Below, in pieces: positions 25,884 to 37,768 of a stretch of 64,000 nucleotides of DNA. The translations under genes and the position numbers were made by a program. Every line of letters begins with the position of its first letter. Positions within the stretch are counted from its first letter, which is position 1. Source of the DNA: Kondoa subrosea (lineage: Eukaryota). The notes beneath the pieces were generated by a model that worked only from the letters and a program-made list of their open reading frames with translations, searched no databases and had not been told where the DNA came from. The stretch is from assembly GCA_039545335.1 (NCBI GenBank), contig BCIN01000005.1, positions 558,001 through 622,000 of the forward strand. The letters are read 5' to 3'.

Positions 25884-27605
25884 ATGGCTAGCTTCTTCGA
25901 ATATCGTGAACCTAGCATCATCGGACTCTTGATCTTAATCTCGTTCTTCTACTTTTTGTCACTTTCGACGTGGATCGCTGCTCGAGTCATCTTTGCAAGC
26001 ATTATTGGACCGATCATTATCGGAATCATCTGTGGAGCACCTTTGGCAAATATCCTGCTGCAAGAATGGCAAGAAACCTTCATGGCTCTAGGCTACATTG
26101 GCTTGATCCTGATCATTTTCGAAGGAGGGCTATCTACTCATTTGGATCTGCTGAAAGCGAATATATTTCTCTCGATGGTGTCAGGTGCGAGCAAGCATTG
26201 CTTTGACCCGATAAATGTCTGAGCAGTCTTCTTGGACGCACAGCTGCCACAGGTGTGATTACGCCTATAGCGCTATCTTACTTGATCCTGTTCCTTGGCT
26301 TTGGATACGGTCCGTTATCAGTATACATTGAGAGGCAATAACTCATTATTTCGTAATAGGGGCCGTGGAAAGTTTCATCATTGGTGCCGCGTTATCAGCA
26401 ACTTCTCTGGGTACAACATTGGCAGTTTTTGGCTCCACTCGCAAGACGTATGATCTACAAGCAACGAGAGTCGGAACTGTTCTCATCAGCGCAGCTATTC
26501 TGGACGATGTAGCGGCTCTCGTCATGCTTAGGTATGCTCTCGATTTGCTGTGGGATGGAACATAATCTGATGACCGTATAGCGTTATACAGAATCTTGGA
26601 ACTTTGAGCGGACCGTCCGCCAATCTAGGCTGGATCATTGGCCGACCGATTATGGCAGCAATACTCATGGCGGCTCTTACGCCTTTCTTGACCAAATTCA
26701 TCATCGCACCCATCTTTCGCCAATATATTGAATCTCGTATCGCTAGAACTGGTCATCGAGGCAATATCTTCATGATAACCCTTGTCTTATCAGCGTTTAT
26801 CGCCATCGCAGCATACGCAGGCACTTCTGTCCTCTTTGGTGCTTATCTAGCTGGCATTTTTCTGACCGCTCTGCCCTCCGACGCTGGACCATATGTAGTT
26901 CAAAGCAAAGAAGAAGGTGAAGCAGTTGAAGGCAAAACACCAACGTTTGTTCAGACTTTCGAGCATTATATTCACGGTCCTCTCAAGTACATTTTCGAAC
27001 CGCTCTTCTTTGCTTCCATTGGATTTGCCATACCCTTCCTTGATCTTTGGACAGGGAAAGCAATATGGCGTGGTATAGTTTATGCATTGCTGATGCTGCT
27101 TGGCAAAGTATGCAAGCCTCTGATATCGTTGAAAATTTGTTCTGATCTTGTGGAAAAGGTCATTGTTGGTATTTGGGTTTTATTATGGCCAACGAGAGAC
27201 AAGAACGGAAAGAAAGAATCGAAGAAGCTACTCTTACCATCTGCTATGCTTCTCGGATCTGCTATGGTCGCTAGAGGTGAGATTGGGTTATTGATCATTC
27301 AAGTTGGCTTCAACGGTGGAACGGACTATCTTTCTGAAGAAGGATTTATTATCGGAATTGTGAGCGTCGAAGGAATGGGCAGAAAACGAAAGCTGACGAG
27401 CTCTCAGTGGGCATCATTGCTCTGCACAATCGCTGGTCCTATTACTGTCGGTTTACTCATCAGGCGGTATGGTCAACAAATTGTCGATTGTAGCTGTGGC
27501 TATAAACCTGCACTTGGCGTACCAAAAGAAGAGAAAACTCAAATTCCGGCAATCAGTACAGCGAGTCCAGATGTAGAAATGACAGCTCGAGAGATGTACA
27601 TTTGA
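25884..27605 (+). CDS. Sodium/hydrogen exchanger (CPA2-like cation/proton antiporter)
   Basis: LGYIGLILIIFEGGL, GAALSATSLG, AAILDDV, PLFFASIGFAIPF and AMVARGEIG. Confidence 0.9.
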
Positions 27606-27657
27606 CTTTCAAACAAACAGACTTGTCCCATAATGTTTCTAATGTTGTAAAAATGTA

Positions 27658-29162
27658 CTAATTGTCGATCCAATCCACAATCTTTTGCCAAGCGCGACGT
27701 TGATGAGGACCTCTGAACCAATCCAAAGTCAAGCTGTCGTGGATGGCATCCTTCTCCTCGACGATCGTGGCATCTACACCAGCAACATCCATTCTTCGCT
27801 TGAGTTCTTGAGCATCGTTAGCTAAAGTTTCACACTCGCCCTAGAAGTCGAACATATGATCAGTTCAAAGTACAAAGTACAGTGGATTTGTACAACTCAC
27901 ATAATGAATGAAAGTTTTTGGGAAACCAGAAAAGAGTTCCGGATTGGTAGGGCATCGTTCTGAAGTAGGTGAACAGTAAGGATCAGCTCCGGGCAGTGGT
28001 TTGTTCTTCTTGTCGTGATTGTTTTGGTAAATATCAGGAGTATAGTAAAGGCCAGATAGGCGGAGATACTATAACCCAAGTGCTTCAGCAAAGACAGTCA
28101 AAACAGAGCAAGAGGAAATGCTGACATCGTAATCTAGATTTGGTCTTTCGTGATTTGGGATATCCATGTTTGACCAAGGTGAGAAGAGAAGTAGTTTTCC
28201 AGGCATAGGCAGGACTTTGCTATCTTTGATGTATCGAATTAATGTCAGCGCAGCATGACCACCTGCTGAATCTCCGGCTACGACTATGCGAGAAGAATCG
28301 ATACCGAGAGTGTCGACTAGATGAGCGTAGCCAGCGAAACAATCTTGTAATTGACATGGGAAACCACCGCTAACTCCTGTGATTAGCTGGATTTTCGTGA
28401 TTGCAAAGTAGCAGACTCACTAAGACAGGGTGCGGTACTCGACCGCAAGGCCTGATTTAACAGTAGAGCTGTACTAAAGCGACAGAAGACTTAGCAGCTG
28501 TGTTATTGGGAGTCTGAGAGCTCACCTGCAACGTCTTGCGAACCAGGTCTGAAGTTGGTGATTTCTCAGTTGCATTAAGTACCTATGAATGGGGTCAGAG
28601 GATTCTTAACACTCTTTCATCATGCGCACATAGTATCCACCACCGTCTGAAAACCGTATGAGTGTGAATACCAGAGTCCTTCAGGTGAACTTACGAAGGA
28701 AGAGCATAACTTTGCCATCTTTCTGGCCTAGAGGTACACCTTTAGGCCAAGAATAACCAGCAATCTTCGCTAAAGGCTTGTGCACAGGATGCTCGATAGC
28801 TCCTTTGACCAGTTCCTTCCGAGGTGCTTTCAACCAAACGAAGCTAGACTCCTTCAGAGTATCTTCCGCTACTTCTTTTGCTGGATTTCTAGTCTCCAGA
28901 GCGATACGACAATGTTCCAAGATGAGCTGGAGTCGCTTCAGAGTATTGATTTTGACTTGTTCAGCAAGAGTCCAATTCTTTCGTAGAGCTATCAGTCACA
29001 AGTCACAGCAGCCTACATAAAAGACCTCACAGCTCTCTTGGTGCCAAAGATTGCATACTTTGCGTACCAGTAGGGCACAGCTAAGAAATAAGTGGTGGAC
29101 AGCACATAGATGACATATGCTGCTTTCCAGGGCTGTCTTTGAAAGGCCGAACGGTCTGACAT
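27658..29162 (-). CDS. Alpha/beta hydrolase (HSL-like, Abhydrolase_3) esterase/lipase
   Basis: HGGGY oxyanion motif, GDSAGG nucleophile elbow, LLLFSPW and catalytic His in DAIHD. Confidence 0.88.
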
Positions 29163-29348
29163 GATTGCGATAGTCAACGAACTGAGATAAGAGGTACTCC
29201 GCTCATTCTGCTGCAGCCCTTTTGAATTCACATGCCGACACTTGTCGCTTTTCTAATCCAGAGCTCACAAGCGCGCTCACTTCGCGCGGAATGCCAGGGC
29301 TCTTCACAGCCAATGACTGACTACAGACCCGACGAGAAGACTCGGTTA

Positions 29349-29370
29349 GACGCGCAAAAAGTTTCGCGTC
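29349..29370. promoter_or_regulatory. Inverted CGCG-core element (MCB/SCB-like) in the divergent promoter upstream of cryptochrome DASH
   Basis: GACGCG-caaaaagttt-CGCGTC inverted repeat containing CGCGAAA on the minus strand; further CGCG cores at ~29271-29288. Confidence 0.35.
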
Positions 29371-29503
29371 CAAATGACATAGTTGTCGATCTCCCTTTTT
29401 TTAACTTTTCGATATAATCCCTGGTCCTGCTTTTTGTTCCTCCCGCTTATCGTCTATTCTCTCTTTCTATACTACCAAAATACTGGCTTCTCTAACAAGA
29501 AGG

Positions 29504-31613
29504 ATGGGCAAGACGGTAATCATCTTACATCGAAACGATTTACGTTTACGAGATCAAGCTCATTATCTCGCTGCTCACAATGATCCAAAAGTCGATAAAG
29601 TCTTACCTGTTTTCGTATTTGATGAACGAGCTCAAGAATTGAGCGGTTTGCCTGATTACAAGAGAGAAGGACCTGAAGCACGAACGAGAGTTTGTGGTTT
29701 CTGGCGAAGTGGAGCTCACAAGACTAGGTGCGAACAATCGTGTATTATAGCAGAGATGGCACTGATATGTGTGAACAGGTTTCTGGCTGATTCTGTTTAC
29801 GATCTGCAAAGCAATTTGAACAAAGTGGGAAGCAACTTGCTCGTTCGCTTTGGCAAACCAGAAAAGATTGTAGCAAGTCTGGCGAAGGCTCTACAGAGCG
29901 ATGGTAGCGAAGTAGCTATGTACACGCAGAAAGAAGTAGGTTTTCCTGTCGATAACCTTCAGCTCTTCGACTAAGGAAATGCGCAGTTCTGTAGCGAGGA
30001 ACTTTCCGTCGAACGCAAGCTCTCTAAAGCACTATCAGAGATGTCCGTAGAAACGAGATACTTCGACACTACTACTCTTGTTCGACCTGAAGATCTTCCT
30101 TTCAAAATCGAGGATTTACCAAACGTTTATACCGCTTTCAGAACAGCTGTAGAAAAGCTCGAAGAGATGGCTAAACCACCCGTAGAGACTCCAAAGAAGT
30201 ATAAACCTTGCCCAGAAATACCTAAAGACTGCGGTTATGGGGAACAATTCGACAAAGAGTCAGACCAGTTGAACGCTGTACTTCCATAGTAAGTCAGCCG
30301 CCTAATTTGTCTGTAAAACACTGAGTGTTTTTCTAGTCTTCTCAAACCCCTCGAAGATTCACCTCAGATGCAATTCGACCGACTTTCAGACAAAACAGCA
30401 GTTCCTTTCCGAGGAGGTGAAACGAGTGCATTAGAACGAGTTCAGTATTACTTTCAAGAAGGTAAAGAAGGTTCAGCACCACCAGTCAAGACATACAAGA
30501 CTACTCGAAATGGAATGTTAGGTCATGCTTATTCTACCAAACTTTCAGCTTTCTTCGCTACTGGTTGCATTTCACCTAAAACTGTTATTCAAGCTTTGGA
30601 TGAGTATCATCAGAAATATGGAGAGACTAAAGATTCGTATTGGGTTTCTTTCGAGATGCTTTGGCGGGATTATTTCTTGTTCTGTGGTCGCAAGTTTGGA
30701 ACGAAACTGTTCAGTGAGAAATCAGATTCTTGCGTTGAGAGTACTTCTCATACGTAGATTTGGCTGTCTCACAGCGCTGGACGGTTTCGAGGGCGCTATC
30801 AATCCTAAAGCAGCACGACAGAAAGCGGACAAATGGAAATCTTGGGATCCAAACGACAAAGTCCTCAAGTCTTGGCTAGAAGGGACTACTGGTATTCCTC
30901 TGATTGACGCAAACATGAGAGAACTCGTTCAAACAGGGTTAGATCATGAATATCTCTCTCTCGAGCTCTCACTTATGTTGTATTGCAGATTCATGTCGAA
31001 TAGAGGAAGGCAGAACGTTGCATCTTTCTTGATCAAGGACTTACCGTACTACGACTGGCGAATTGGAGCTGAATACTTTGAAGCTATGCTGTTTGATCAT
31101 GAGCCATGCGCGAATTCTGGTAACTGGCAATACCAAGCGGGAGTGTGAGTCCTACCTATTTCAGTCCTATTTCAGTACTTATCTACCGTTGCAGAGGAAA
31201 TGATCCGAGAAGTGATAGACAATTTAGTGAGTCTTTTGGAATGTTTCTGCACTTTGACTGACAAAAAGCAGATCCTATCAAGCAATCAAAAGATTACGAT
31301 TCAGATGGAAGCTGTGCGTATCGTCTCATCTGTTGCTACTTCTTCCCCTTATGTTCTTCCCGTAGATGTCCGTCAATGGATTCCAGAATTGAAGAATGTA
31401 CCAACTGTTTCAGTGCACAATCCTTGGGTCTTGTCAGCAGAAGACAGAGAGAAGTACGGTCTAGGCGATTACCCAGCTCAACCTGTTGTAGAACAATCTT
31501 CGTGGAAAAGTCATTACAACCGAACATCGAAAGAATCAGGCAACAAGGGCAAAAACAACAGGAAAGGACAACACAGGAAAGGACCTCAAAACAAAGGAGG
31601 AAAGAAGCATTAA
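29504..31613 (+). CDS. Cryptochrome DASH (photolyase/cryptochrome family)
   Basis: RNDLRLRD, GGETSALERV, YKTTRNGMLG..YSTKLS, EMLWRDYF, GTTGIPLIDANMREL, MSNRGRQNVASFL and SGNWQYQAGVGNDPR. Confidence 0.93.
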
Positions 31614-31859
31614 TCGTCAAAACACACAAAATGCATGTTTATAGACTTAAGTTATCAAATGTACACTCACATCGTTACACAATTGTTGCCGCAACATTTG
31701 TAATAGCCGAAAGACACGACTCGACAGACAGCAGTGAGATTCCTATAACATCACAAATCAGAGATAGAGGATCCTTATAATCCTGAAAGAAACCTTACTG
31801 ACTATCTATCGAGCTAAAGCAACGTTGCTTTGCGCCGAAAGAACATTGCAAAGTGAGAT

Positions 31860-33065
31860 CTACTCCTCTGCCGCTGCCGCTGCTGCAGCTTCAGCTCTTG
31901 CCTTTCTTCTCTCTGCAGCCAATCTCTTGAGTTCTTCGACTTTAGTCTCATCATTCCTCTTTGCAAGTTTCGCAACTTTAGCCAACCGATCCTCTTCTTC
32001 CGCTTTCCTCTTCTTTTCATTCGATTCCAACATCTGAGCTTCCAATTCTCTAGACTGCCTTTCCCTCATTGCTCTCTTTCTAGCAATATCCGCTTTCGAC
32101 AAGAAGGCATTTGCAGGTTTCTCTGCTTCTGCATTCTTCTGCTCCTGGTTTCTTTGCGAAATAGGTATCGAGAAACCGGAGCCAGCAGCAGGGATTGAAG
32201 GGCCTTGAACCGGTCTCTTCTTTGCAATGTTCAAACCACCAGTGAGCAGTTCTGTTTTATCGACAATTTCACCATTCTCATTCAATTCCACTACTCGTCC
32301 GATAGTTTGAGCAGCTTCTCTTGCTAATTGAACATCGGAAACAGGTTCTTCGTCATAAACAGGTGTAGGACGTTGAATGATTCCAGGAGCAGCTTTATTT
32401 GAAGCAGCTTTAACAGCAGCTTCATTCTTTGCTTCATTGTTGGCCAAATATTCAGTAAAGAAGGAAGCCATGCCTTTGCCTTTAGCTTTAGCACTTTGAG
32501 CAGCTTCCCGAGCTTTCTCTTCTTCTTCAGCTTTACGTAATTCTTCTTGCTGTGCTAGATAAGCAGGAGTAACGAATGCATCCTTATCAGCAAATTCGGA
32601 GCCTTCTTTCTCTCTTTCCCGTTGAGTCATGATATCTTCAGCTCGAACTCGATCTTGTTTCCTTTGTTCAGCAGTTTTGAGTAATCCCTCAATATAGCGA
32701 GGCTGTTTAACATCGTCCGATACTTCAGCAAATGTAGTACACACGTAAAACACAGAGCTAACCTTGCGTTGTTGCGACTCTTTCTTGCGTTCCAGCTCAA
32801 CTGCCCTTTCGCCCGCTTTCATATTATCGTAAACCTCATCATACTCATAAACAGTAGCATCCAATGCCTCAGCTTCTTTAACCCTTTGCTTTTCAGCTCG
32901 GGACAAAGGTGCATTCACTTGAATGGGTAAACGAGAAGTTGAAGCTTGAGGTTGATCGTCGTCATCTGCTTCAAAGGCTGAAGGTTTCTTTTTGATTGAG
33001 CTGGTTGCTGTTGCAGAACCTTTCTTCAGAGCCGAAGGCTTCTTGAGACCGCCAATACTCAACAT
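31860..33065 (-). CDS. NSRP1/CCDC55-like (DUF2040) nuclear speckle splicing regulator
   Basis: DATVYEYDEVYDNMK, PRYIEGLLKTAEQRK and EREKEGSEFADKDAFVTPAY; coiled-coil character. Confidence 0.85.
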   Translation of the reverse strand: MLSIGGLKKPSALKKGSATATSSIKKKPSAFEADDDDQPQASTSRLPIQVNAPLSRAEKQRVKEAEALDATVYEYDEVYDNMKAGERAVELERKKESQQRKVSSVFYVCTTFAEVSDDVKQPRYIEGLLKTAEQRKQDRVRAEDIMTQREREKEGSEFADKDAFVTPAYLAQQEELRKAEEEEKAREAAQSAKAKGKGMASFFTEYLANNEAKNEAAVKAASNKAAPGIIQRPTPVYDEEPVSDVQLAREAAQTIGRVVELNENGEIVDKTELLTGGLNIAKKRPVQGPSIPAAGSGFSIPISQRNQEQKNAEAEKPANAFLSKADIARKRAMRERQSRELEAQMLESNEKKRKAEEEDRLAKVAKLAKRNDETKVEELKRLAAERRKARAEAAAAAAAEE

Positions 33066-33332
33066 TATTGAATTCCGTCGTTCTTGTCCAAAAGCAACCA
33101 TTTTTGATTGTACCCTGACTAGCTGTGGCTTAGCCTCAGCCTCTGTAGACCACTCTCGTTCATTCACTGCTTGGGACCTCCATTCGGATCCAAACATGCT
33201 TTGCGAAACTATCATGCAGCGTTGCGTGCTTCTTTCTCTTTGGCAACGAGTTTGGAGCCAAGTCGAACGCAGTTACGCGGTAACATTGATCGTTATATCT
33301 TGCTTTTGTACTGTTTCAGCTACTATTACAAA

Positions 33333-34288
33333 ATGACAATCTCTCGACGCATTACATGCTTCGCCTCAATTGACTATACCTCGAAGCTTCAATTACTCTT
33401 CTTTTTTTCTGCTCCATCATACTTCCTGATATATCGTTTCTACGCTCTTGCTTTCTTGTCCCGGTCAATTGCTTATCTTCGTCCTGTCTCAAAATCAGCA
33501 CGAAAAAGCAGGAGCGATAAGGTTCACGCATACCAAACTGGTATTATCAATGGGAGATATTCGGTTCGCGACCAAAGCTGATTGAGCAGTAGTGGGCTGT
33601 CCAGGTCGATGCCGTCCGGAATGAAATGGCACGGCAAGTTTGGGATAAAGAGTTTTCTCTTCTCTCTTGCCTCTTCAACCAAGCTTTATATACCCTTGAA
33701 GTCTTTGGAGGATATTTCTGGATCTTTGGAGATTACCCTAAGCCGCCCTTTTACCCGTAGATGGCTCAGAAGATAAGTTGGCTAGCATTCCTATTTGTTT
33801 TCAAAGCTCATTTCAGCAAGCTTGATATACAGGATCTTTCAGAAGGCAAGCCAGTAGATCTGCGTTTAGTTGTATCGGGGTGTGGAGCGCCCAACCCTCA
33901 ATGGAGCTACTATCCAGATCTACGAAGCTTGCCTTCTGGGGCAAGATGGCGAGGAATGCGAGACTAACAGGCGGGTCAGTTCTCCCTCAGCTATCTTCCA
34001 CTGGACGACTTGGCCGATTCTTCAGCTTGTTGCGACATGGACTACTCGTCAGCTCGACTGGACATCAACGGGATCTTGAGACTTTGACCTGGTAGCAAAG
34101 TTCTCTTTCCTTCGTCTTCTGCAAACTTCTCAGCATACCCTCAGCAACCCTTCTTTCGCTCTTAAACGTCTTGGCCTCTCTCGACCGGCTCGAGTGGTTA
34201 TATACTATTACATTGTCTTGTCTACTTGTGCTCCTTTGTCACAATTGGTCATATGAAATGATACGGCATTCATCACTACTTGATTAGT
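33333..34288 (+). CDS. Possible multi-exon hypothetical membrane protein
   Basis: A phase-consistent but weakly supported splice path joins hydrophobic segments; no domain recognised. Confidence 0.35.
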
Positions 34289-34362
34289 TCATTGATCCAG
34301 TCCGCTTTTGCCGGAAGAATGAGATCCTTCGAAGCTCTGTACATATTACATTGTTACAAATA

Positions 34363-36802
34363 CTAAGGAATACTAGTTGTCCCAGCTCCTGCGGCTAACC
34401 AATTCCCAACTTCTTCTTTGACCAAATAGGAATCGAAGCTCGACAAATCTTTAGCCAAATGTTTCTCATGAAACTCATGCCATCTTGCTAAACCTAATCT
34501 TTTGAAATGTTGAGGTCCTCGAATCCCATGTCTCCATAAGACTTGAGCTGCTGATTGTCCTAATCCTTCTTGCAAACTATCGAGGAATTCGCCCAGTTCT
34601 TTGTATGGTTCTGAAGCGAGGTAGACTGAAGAAGAGGGTAAAGTGGCAGAAGGTATGACAGGAGAGAGGGTAGAGCGCATAGAATCTGTATCAATAGCGA
34701 TCGAAATAGGTGCCGGAACTGGTCTTTCGACAATCGGAGGAGGACTTGGTTCAACAATCGGTCGAGGTTTAGGTGCCAACAAACGTGGATCAGATGTAGT
34801 TCTTGATTCAATAGGGCGAGGCTCGACTGGTGTAGCAGATCGACTTTTAGGTCGAGCGTAAGCCAATTTCGCTCTTGCGGAAGGTGCCATGGCTTGCTCT
34901 ACCGGTTGAGCTTGCACCGTTGTGATCGGAGCAACAGTAGCAGCTCTTGAAGCATCTTCCTTGTCTTGACCTGGCTTATGCTTGAACGAAGGCATCCCGC
35001 TGAATATTGACTTTGAGGTCGAAGGCACAGGTGCAGACGGGGCTCTCGTAACAGCTTTTGGCGGTGGAAGAGGTTTGGACTTTGATTCGACCGCTTTAGG
35101 TGCTTTGATGGTATCCTTCTTCGCCGGTGCAAGTCCTCGTAAAGGAACATCTTCCTCTGAACTGCTACCTGATTCAGCTTGTTGATCGGCATCTTCCATT
35201 TCTACGTCTTCATCTTCTGGTTCTGGTGAAGTAGAAGGTGTGGTGAGAGAATGAGCGCTGTGATTGAAATTGGATAGAGCCAGTCGCCAACCAGCAGTAT
35301 CGTCCGCTTTCAATCTGTGATTCAAAAGTGGAAACTCAGCTGGAATTCTAGCTGGAGTTCCCCAATCGAGCTCACATGACTTTGAAAGGGCATCTCTTTC
35401 CCCTATCACAACGATAGACGACTTTTTGATCCGATTGACTTTCTTTGATCATTTTCCAACCCAAATCCGATTCAGGTCTCAGTTCCACTTTGGCAACTCT
35501 CGTGAATGCCTTCATACTTGGGAAAGTTGAACCAGAGGGAAGAGATCGTTTAGGTGCTTTAGTGTCTGCTTCTTGCCATGTCGATTGATCTCGGACTAGA
35601 GCGATAGCTTCTGCTCCTACTTCCGCTGGAGAGCTTCGACTATCTTGAACTATAGGAGAAGGAAGACGAGTAGCTGTGGAGGACTTGCGCCGTTTATTGG
35701 CGGGAACAAGAGGGATTTCAGAGGGAGGTCGTTTTCTTGTTGGTGCAGCAGATTTGACTGTCGACGTACGAGCAGGTGGTGGTGGAGGGGTTGGTTCATG
35801 AAGGGATTCTTCTTCTGACATTTCTGCTTCGGCAGGTTCCTCCTCTTCCGCTTGAACAGGTACTTCAATATGCCTATGTTCATAATGGGCGCGTTGCACA
35901 ATCCTGTCATACCCAGCTCGAATCAACTCGGAACTCGTGAAGATCAAGTCTAAGTACTGACCATTGATTATGCAAGGTATTTAAAGCAGCATGAATTTGA
36001 AAAGTACACCTCTTGTTAGGATCATCAATAGCTCTCTTCCCACCATAATTGCAGCACAAATGAGAATGAGGTCGAGTCTTGCTTTCCGATTGATAGACTA
36101 CCAATTCCACGTTTTGTGACTTCGCATAAGCTCTCGCGGCTTTTTCGAACTTCTCCCGATCTTGAAGTTTCTGCTTTTCTACTAGAGGTGCCACGATAGA
36201 AGAAGAAGCTGTTGGGTTATTAGTTGTGGTTTTACGTAGTGCTACAGCAGCTGTTGGATCTATGGGACGTCGAGCAGGTAAATTGGCTGGATTGGCTGAA
36301 GCTTGATATACTTGAGAGCCGGTTGATTTGTGACCTTTGGATTTGACTGCAGGTCTGACTTGAGTTGCTACTTTGCTGCTAGATGCTATAGGATGATCAT
36401 GTTCGAAATCACATTCTCTGACGGTCCTGTGTTGAACGATTGTTTAGTCCGTCTGGACAATACTAAACAGGAAGCAGCTGACCAGACACCTGGTACCCTC
36501 TCAATGACTGTAGCAGCGAAACTACAGCTACATAACACCTCGCATGAGCCTAGCAAATCCAGTAGAACCTGAAATAATACAACATACCGATTCATAGCAT
36601 CGTTGTACTTTTTCGCTCCACCATCAGAGCAACACAAACACCATCTCCCATTGACCCTTTTCCCTTCATCATCCATCTTGGACAAGTTGCCAGCATATTT
36701 CACGAGTGCGATATGATGCTTCGCAGCATAAGCTCGGAAAATAGCTTCAAAGTCTTCTTTGCTGGCGAAAGTACTCCCAACTTTGAAGGGTATTGGGCTC
36801 AT
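34363..36802 (-). CDS. Protein with three tandem MULE/FAR1-like (WRKY-GCM1 fold) Zn fingers and a C-terminal SAM-like helical domain (~734 aa)
   Basis: Removing introns 36528-36587, 36427-36482, 35904-35961 and 35315-35375 gives an open 2205-nt frame with three C..C.F..W..HxH/HxxH repeats. Confidence 0.75.
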
Positions 36803-37024
36803 TAACTCTCTCTAATACTTGAAATGGTATATTTTAGTCACTGTTTGTTGAAAACCGAAGAAACGGGGTCAAAGTGCTCGAATGTCTCTCAATCTTAGCA
36901 TGGCAAAGAAAGACGCGTGACGATGTAAGAGCAAGAAACACAGCAAGAGTGACTCATGTGATGGCAGGCGATGTAATCCATTTTATCTTCTGATCCTGTA
37001 CAAGTCCCTTCAAACTCCGTCATT

Positions 37025-37768
37025 TCATTGCGGTTTCGGTGTCAGCGAGGCTGAGCCAATCTTCGCTAGTCCTTCGTCAGTATAGGCCTAAATACAATGA
37101 GTACAGAATGCGTAGACCTGGAAATACAGCTCACCAGCTTGTTGCCATCACTTGATAATGACTATCAGCATGCAGAAGTTGAGGAAGGGAGGTAAACTCA
37201 CCCGTTATCGCCAATGTTAATAGCTTTGCCCGTCTGTCATTAACAAGCGACGGTTTAGATGACAATACATCAGACCAAGCTCATACTGACCTTAGCTATT
37301 GTCTTGAAGACGTCTTCCTGTAGGATGCAGATATCTGCCTGATCAGATATAATCTGATGCAGGAGACTTATGCCCCACATATGAAGCAGATCCAGGAGTA
37401 ACGGAAACGGATTGAGTCTTGAGATCTACCTCAAAGTTCCTGTTCGAAAAGACCATATTGGTATCAGTACTTCAACTGAATCCAAATAGTCCCACGAACT
37501 TTACCCGGCCTGTCATAAGCTATCAGCGAATTGAGCACCGCTTCCAATATTGACGAACTTACCGTCACCCTTCGCTTTCTCCAATACGCGTGTGATTGCT
37601 CCAGAGCAGCCACTGTTCGTGAAAGAGCTTAGGCGTGGCTCAGATAGACACTGTCAAGAGCGAACCTGCATGTCATTGTGCAGTCGAATTGATAAGGTGA
37701 GTTCTTGAGTAAACATCAACTTGCGTAGATGACAAGCGAGTAGGAGTAGGGAAGCACACCATAGCCAT
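37025..37768 (-). CDS. ATX1: Copper chaperone Atx1 (HMA domain), 9 exons, 101 aa; absent from the ORF track
   Basis: Spliced product MAMNSPYQFDCTMTCSGCSGAITRVLEKAKGDGRVKNFEVDLKTQSVSVTPGSASYEDVFKTIAKTGK..., with MTCxxC and KTGK motifs. Confidence 0.88.

Noticed and set aside
33731..33760. TTACCCTAAG as a telomerase-RNA template
   Set aside because: Does not match a 1.5-repeat TTAGGG template (AACCCTAA) and no supporting structure was identified
34363..36900. Intact Mutator-like transposon
   Set aside because: No DDE transposase core, TIRs or target-site duplication seen; only DNA-binding-type domains are present
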